A DNA stretch of 64,000 bases, taken from positions 1,930,281 through 1,994,280 of the forward strand of contig OY763407.1 of assembly GCA_963667425.1 (NCBI GenBank), in the 5' to 3' direction. Made by a program: the position numbers and the translations under genes. Each line of letters opens with the position of its first letter. The stretch's first letter is position 1. Shown here piece after piece: positions 59,828-64,000 of the stretch. Origin of the DNA: a bacterium (GTDB lineage Bacteria > UBP6 > UBA1177 > G963667425). The notes under the pieces are model-generated. The model ran no database searches, was not told where the DNA came from, and saw only the letters and a program-made list of their open reading frames with translations.

Positions 59828-61075
59828 ATGGAAACTGGCGATAAGCTCATAATTCTTGGTGAAGCAGCAAAATATGATGCCAGCTGCTCATCAAGCGGAA
59901 GTGAAAGAAAAGGAAAAACAGGAGAAACCGGAAGCGGACACAAAGCCGGAATATGTCACAGCTGGGCAAGCGACGGCAGATGTATAAGTTTACTCAAAAT
60001 TCTCCTTACCAACTATTGCATTTATGACTGTGCATACTGCATAAACAGAAGAAGCAACGATGTAAAAAGAGCAGCATTTACAGTTGATGAAGTGGTTTCA
60101 CTTACAATGAATTTTTATAAAAGAAACTACATCGAAGGCTTGTTTTTAAGTTCAGGTATAGTGAAAAATCCAGATTACACAATGGAACGAATGATGCTCG
60201 TTGCAAAAAAGCTAAGAAATGAAGAACATTTCAATGGATATATTCATTTAAAAGCTATTCCAGGAGCAAGCGAGACACTTATAAAAGAAGCAGGACTGTA
60301 TGCTGACAGAATGTCCGTTAACATCGAACTACCTTCAGAAAGAAGTCTGCTTTTACTTACAAACAAAGATAGGGGCTCCATTCTCTCTCCGATGAAACAG
60401 ATAACAACAACTATCCATGAAAACACTGAAGAGAGGAAATTTTCAAAAAAACTTCCTATTTTTGCACCGGCAGGTCAGACAACCCAGCTGATAGTTGGAG
60501 CAACACCGGAAAACGACCTCAAAATCATAAAACTCACAGAAGCAATGTATAAGAAATACAATCTAAAAAGAGTCTATTATTCAGCATTTGTTCCTGGAAG
60601 TAATGATAAACGTCTTCCTGTTGTTTCAACGCCGCCTCTTGCACGTGAACACAGACTTTATCAGGCAGACTGGCTGTTAAGATTTTATAATTTTGAGGCC
60701 GATGAAATAATTTCTCCTGAATCACCATTTCTTTCAGAAGAAGTAGATCCTAAAGCATCATGGGCAATGAGAAATCTTAACCTTTTTCCAGTTGAAATAA
60801 ATAAAGCGTCACTTGAGACACTTTTAAGAGTACCTGGTATCGGAAAAACTTCCGCTCTTAAAATTGTCAGTGCAAGAAAAAATGGAAAACTCGACTTTGA
60901 ACATCTTAAAAGAATGAATGTTGTCCTTAAAAGAGCCCGTTTTTTTATAACATGCAAAGGAAAAATGATGGAAGGAACACTTCTTAAAGAAAATATAATT
61001 TACGAAGCAATGAAAAAGACATCAACAAAAGCCGGAAGTACAGACCACATTTATGAACAGCTATCTTTATTTTAA
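59828..61075 (+). CDS. Radical SAM protein of the putative DNA modification/repair family (TIGR03916-like) with C-terminal helix-hairpin-helix
   Basis: C-x3-C-x2-C radical SAM cluster motif (CIYDCAYC); ~415 aa; C-terminal HhH motif (LLRVPGIGKTSALKIV). Confidence 0.75.
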   Translation: METGDKLIILGEAAKYDASCSSSGSERKGKTGETGSGHKAGICHSWASDGRCISLLKILLTNYCIYDCAYCINRRSNDVKRAAFTVDEVVSLTMNFYKRNYIEGLFLSSGIVKNPDYTMERMMLVAKKLRNEEHFNGYIHLKAIPGASETLIKEAGLYADRMSVNIELPSERSLLLLTNKDRGSILSPMKQITTTIHENTEERKFSKKLPIFAPAGQTTQLIVGATPENDLKIIKLTEAMYKKYNLKRVYYSAFVPGSNDKRLPVVSTPPLAREHRLYQADWLLRFYNFEADEIISPESPFLSEEVDPKASWAMRNLNLFPVEINKASLETLLRVPGIGKTSALKIVSARKNGKLDFEHLKRMNVVLKRARFFITCKGKMMEGTLLKENIIYEAMKKTSTKAGSTDHIYEQLSLF

Positions 61076-61077
61076 AA

Positions 61078-61833
61078 ATGATATTTATATATGATGGCAC
61101 GTTTGAAGGAATGCTTTCAGCTGTATTTGATGCAATTCTTGTAAATGAAGAAATATTTATTGAGACAGAAGAAAATCATACTCCAAGACTTTTTCACGAA
61201 ATAACTAAAATTCAAACATCGACTGACAAAGCAAAAAGAGTTTCCAGAAAAATTATAGAAAACATGGGAACATTTACATTTTCAGTTGTTGCATATCTTT
61301 TTCTTTCCGAAGATAAAGAAAGAGGAACATTAGCATTTCATCTCATAAAGGAAGGGCTAAAACATGGCAGAAACGTTACATCATTTCTGCAAAATAAAGA
61401 AGTAGCAAAAGCAATGGGAATAAGAAAAAAAGTTGCAAACGAAAAACACCGTCTTCTTGGATTAATAAGATTTTCAGAGCTTTCAAATAACATTCTATAT
61501 GCTCCATTTGAACCTGACCACAACATTATAACACTATTGATTTCTCACTTTAAAGAGCGGCTTTCAGCCGACAGATGGATGATTCACGATATAAAAAGAG
61601 GACTCGCCATTTTTCATGAAAACGGAACCATTCAAAATATTGAATTTAAAGATGAAGAAATATCAAAAACCAATCTGGAAACACTTTACGGCATTTCAGA
61701 AAATGAAAAAAAGCTGTCATCAATGTGGAAAGAATTCTTTAAAGCCGTTGCAATAGAAGAGAGAATAAATCCGAAACTGCAAAAGCAGTATATGCCTAAA
61801 AGATACTGGAAATATCTTAAAGAGACACATTAA
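61078..61833 (+). CDS. DUF4130 / TIGR03915-like probable DNA metabolism protein, partner of the radical SAM gene
   Basis: Characteristic N-terminus (IFIYDGTFEGMLSAVFDAIL); ~250 aa; 2 nt downstream of the radical SAM gene. Confidence 0.65.
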   Translation: MIFIYDGTFEGMLSAVFDAILVNEEIFIETEENHTPRLFHEITKIQTSTDKAKRVSRKIIENMGTFTFSVVAYLFLSEDKERGTLAFHLIKEGLKHGRNVTSFLQNKEVAKAMGIRKKVANEKHRLLGLIRFSELSNNILYAPFEPDHNIITLLISHFKERLSADRWMIHDIKRGLAIFHENGTIQNIEFKDEEISKTNLETLYGISENEKKLSSMWKEFFKAVAIEERINPKLQKQYMPKRYWKYLKETH

Positions 61834-61836
61834 GAC

Positions 61837-63147
61837 CTATTTCAGAACAACGCCCCATTCAAGAAGTGAAAACCCTTTTCTTTCAAAACTTTTTATCTCT
61901 GGCTTAGCAAGAAAATCCCTGCAGGTATCATCTTTTTTTATGACATAAAAAAGACGCTGAACAGAATCAGGAGTTTTGGAAATATTTATTTTTATCAGCT
62001 TATCTATCTCATCTGCTGTCTGAGGATAAATATCATAACAGCTTTCATTAAGTCTTGGAATCCACCATTCAATAAAATCTTCCACTTCCTTACCTTTAAA
62101 ACCGTAACGAGCAAGATTTTCTCTGAAAAATTTCTCCAGATTATCCTTTTTCACTGTCCAGCCAGTTTTATACTGATAAAAATCAGGATGCTGAGCTTCA
62201 TAAAAAAGATATCCATATTCACCATTAATCGTTCCATCAGGTTCAACCGTAACATTCCATCCATCACCATATTCAGGAATAGATTTTGTTACAAAACCGC
62301 CCTGAGGAAATTCAAGTGAAAGAGAAATATCCATTTTTTCTTCAGGATAAAGGTAAATATTTGGCTTATAATCCTGAGCCATCGCAGAAACTCTTATATC
62401 AATATAATTTGAATCTATAGAAACCGGCTCATCATATTGAGAACCATCAGAATCAGTAAAACTAAAAATATAATCGCCGATTGGAATATCAATAACAAAT
62501 TTACCGTTGGTACTAAAACAACCAACTTTTTTTCCATCTTTGTCATAAACTGTAACATCTGCAAATAAAGAAGAAGGACCAAAATAATCCTGAACTATAA
62601 AGATATTTCCATTAACATAGTTTTTCATAATGGGATCAAGATTTACCGATATGTTATCACCATATTCTGCATAAGTATAATTTGTAAAAAAACCTTCTGA
62701 TGTCTCATAAATAAAATATGAAGGAGTCTCGCCGTTGTAAGGATTTTCCTCATCAACTTCAATAACCTTGTTACCTTCACTTTGCATAGTTAAAGTATCA
62801 AGAAGATTCCCCCAGCCATTTGAATATACTGAAAGAATAATATTTTTTGCATCAGTATCAAGATTTTCATTACTGTATTCAACACTTAAATCTTTACATT
62901 CTGAAACAATATCATCATCTGCTGCTTCATCGTTTGTTTCATCAGAAATTTCATCATTTATCTCGTCAGCCACTTCATCTGCAGTTTCGTCGTTTATTTC
63001 ATCTGCAACTTCATCACTGATTTCATCAATATCAGTTTTAGGTTCAGCTTTATCATTGTCACATGAAATAAAAATAAAAATTAGTAAAAATACAAAAATT
63101 AAACTCTTCATAACATACCTCTTTATTATTTCTGCACAACGCCCCAT
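61837..63147 (-). CDS. Lipoprotein with acidic repeat linker (tandem paralog A)
   Basis: Signal peptide plus lipobox (FIFISCDND); repeats of DE[VI][AS]DE[IT]ND; beta-sandwich-like middle region and conserved C-terminal domain (FRENLARYGFKGKEVEDFIEWWIPRL ... LLEWGVVLK). Confidence 0.65.
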   Translation of the reverse strand: MGRCAEIIKRYVMKSLIFVFLLIFIFISCDNDKAEPKTDIDEISDEVADEINDETADEVADEINDEISDETNDEAADDDIVSECKDLSVEYSNENLDTDAKNIILSVYSNGWGNLLDTLTMQSEGNKVIEVDEENPYNGETPSYFIYETSEGFFTNYTYAEYGDNISVNLDPIMKNYVNGNIFIVQDYFGPSSLFADVTVYDKDGKKVGCFSTNGKFVIDIPIGDYIFSFTDSDGSQYDEPVSIDSNYIDIRVSAMAQDYKPNIYLYPEEKMDISLSLEFPQGGFVTKSIPEYGDGWNVTVEPDGTINGEYGYLFYEAQHPDFYQYKTGWTVKKDNLEKFFRENLARYGFKGKEVEDFIEWWIPRLNESCYDIYPQTADEIDKLIKINISKTPDSVQRLFYVIKKDDTCRDFLAKPEIKSFERKGFSLLEWGVVLK

Positions 63148-64000
63148 TCAAGAAGTGAAAAGCCTTTTCTTTCAAAACTTTTTATCTCTGGCTTAGCAAG
63201 AAAATCCCTGCAGGTATCATCTTTTTTTATAACATAAAAAAGACGCTGAATAGAATCAGGCGTTTTAGAAACATTTATTTTTATAACCTTATCTATCTCT
63301 TCTGCTGTCTGAGGATAAATATCATAACAGCTTTCATTAAGTCTTGGAATCCACCATTCAACAAAATCTTCTATTTCCTTACCTTTAAAGCCGTAACGAT
63401 CAAGATTTTCTCTGAAAAATTTCTCCAGATTATCTTTCTTTACCGTCCAACCGGTTTTATACTGATAAAAATCGGGTTGCTTTGCTTCGTAGAAAAGATA
63501 GCCGTATTCACCATCAATTGTTCCATCAGGTTCAACCGTAACATTCCACCCATCACCATATTCAGGAATAGATTTAACAACAGTTCCTCCTTTAGGAAAC
63601 TCAAGTGAAAGAGATATATTTTCTCTCTTTTCAGGGTAAAGATAAATATTTGGCTTGTCTACCTGAACAAGAGCATCTACAATAATTTCAATATAATTAG
63701 AATTTACAGTAACCGATTCATTATATTCAGAGTCATCAGAATCTGTAAAATTGAAAGTATAGTTTCCTGTAGGAAGATCAATTACAAACCTTCCATTTGC
63801 ATCAGCAGTAAAACAGCCAAATTTATTTCCATCACCATCGTAAACAGTCACATTACCTGTAAGCATTGAAGGACCAAAGTAATTCTGTAAAATAAAAATA
63901 TTTCCATTAATATAATTTTTCATAACCGGGTCAAGATCGACAAACACTGTTTCACCATATTTTGCATATTGAACATATGTAAAAAAACCTTCAGCTCTTT
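63126..64000 (-). CDS. Lipoprotein tandem paralog B (5' end beyond the window edge)
   Basis: The C-terminal ~270 aa align with paralog A at high identity (my estimate by eye, not computed). The reading frame stays open past the track start at 63947 to the window end and keeps aligning with paralog A (AEGFFTYVQYAKYGETVFV vs SEGFFTNYTYAEYGDNISV). Confidence 0.65.
   Translation of the reverse strand, partial: RAEGFFTYVQYAKYGETVFVDLDPVMKNYINGNIFILQNYFGPSMLTGNVTVYDGDGNKFGCFTADANGRFVIDLPTGNYTFNFTDSDDSEYNESVTVNSNYIEIIVDALVQVDKPNIYLYPEKRENISLSLEFPKGGTVVKSIPEYGDGWNVTVEPDGTIDGEYGYLFYEAKQPDFYQYKTGWTVKKDNLEKFFRENLDRYGFKGKEIEDFVEWWIPRLNESCYDIYPQTAEEIDKVIKINVSKTPDSIQRLFYVIKKDDTCRDFLAKPEIKSFERKGFSLLEWGVVQK

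Noticed and set aside
1-64000. Mobile elements, prophage or defence islands
   Set aside because: No transposase, integrase, recombinase, restriction-modification or toxin-antitoxin signatures and no terminal inverted repeats were recognised; composition looks uniform by eye.

Overview
Low-GC (roughly mid-30s % by eye) bacterial chromosomal segment from a diderm organism (secretin, lipoproteins, MATE and OPT transporters); the lineage cannot be assigned from sequence alone. Main content: (1) a contiguous str-S10-spc-alpha ribosomal supercluster on the minus strand (rpsL, rpsG, fusA, tuf, rpsJ ... secY, infA, rpmJ, rpsM, rpsK, rpsD, rpoA, rplQ; 24.8-42.9 kb) that lacks rpmD, adk and map; (2) a tightly packed 13-gene type II secretion (gsp-like) operon on the minus strand (46.0-59.6 kb: gspC, D, E, F, G, three prepilin-type pseudopilins, K, L/M/N-like genes and a terminal lipoprotein), next to a hybrid histidine kinase and sharing a divergent promoter region with a radical-SAM/DUF4130 gene pair; (3) a heat-shock module (Hsp20, Lon) followed by ThiL; (4) many lineage-specific Cys-rich lipoproteins whose lipobox Cys is followed by acidic low-complexity linkers, including an 849-aa RCC1-repeat lipoprotein and tandemly duplicated paralogs at the right edge; (5) a 105-bp tandem repeat array in the 7.4-8.1 kb intergenic region. 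The most interesting candidates are the gsp locus with its c-di-GMP-motif ATPase, the radical-SAM/DUF4130 pair, the acidic-linker lipoprotein signature and the repeat array. No tRNA, rRNA, CRISPR array or mobile element was recognised. Several starts in the ORF track are GTG/TTG codons; where an in-frame ATG with a Shine-Dalgarno motif exists I used it. All family assignments are from motif recognition by eye, not database searches.
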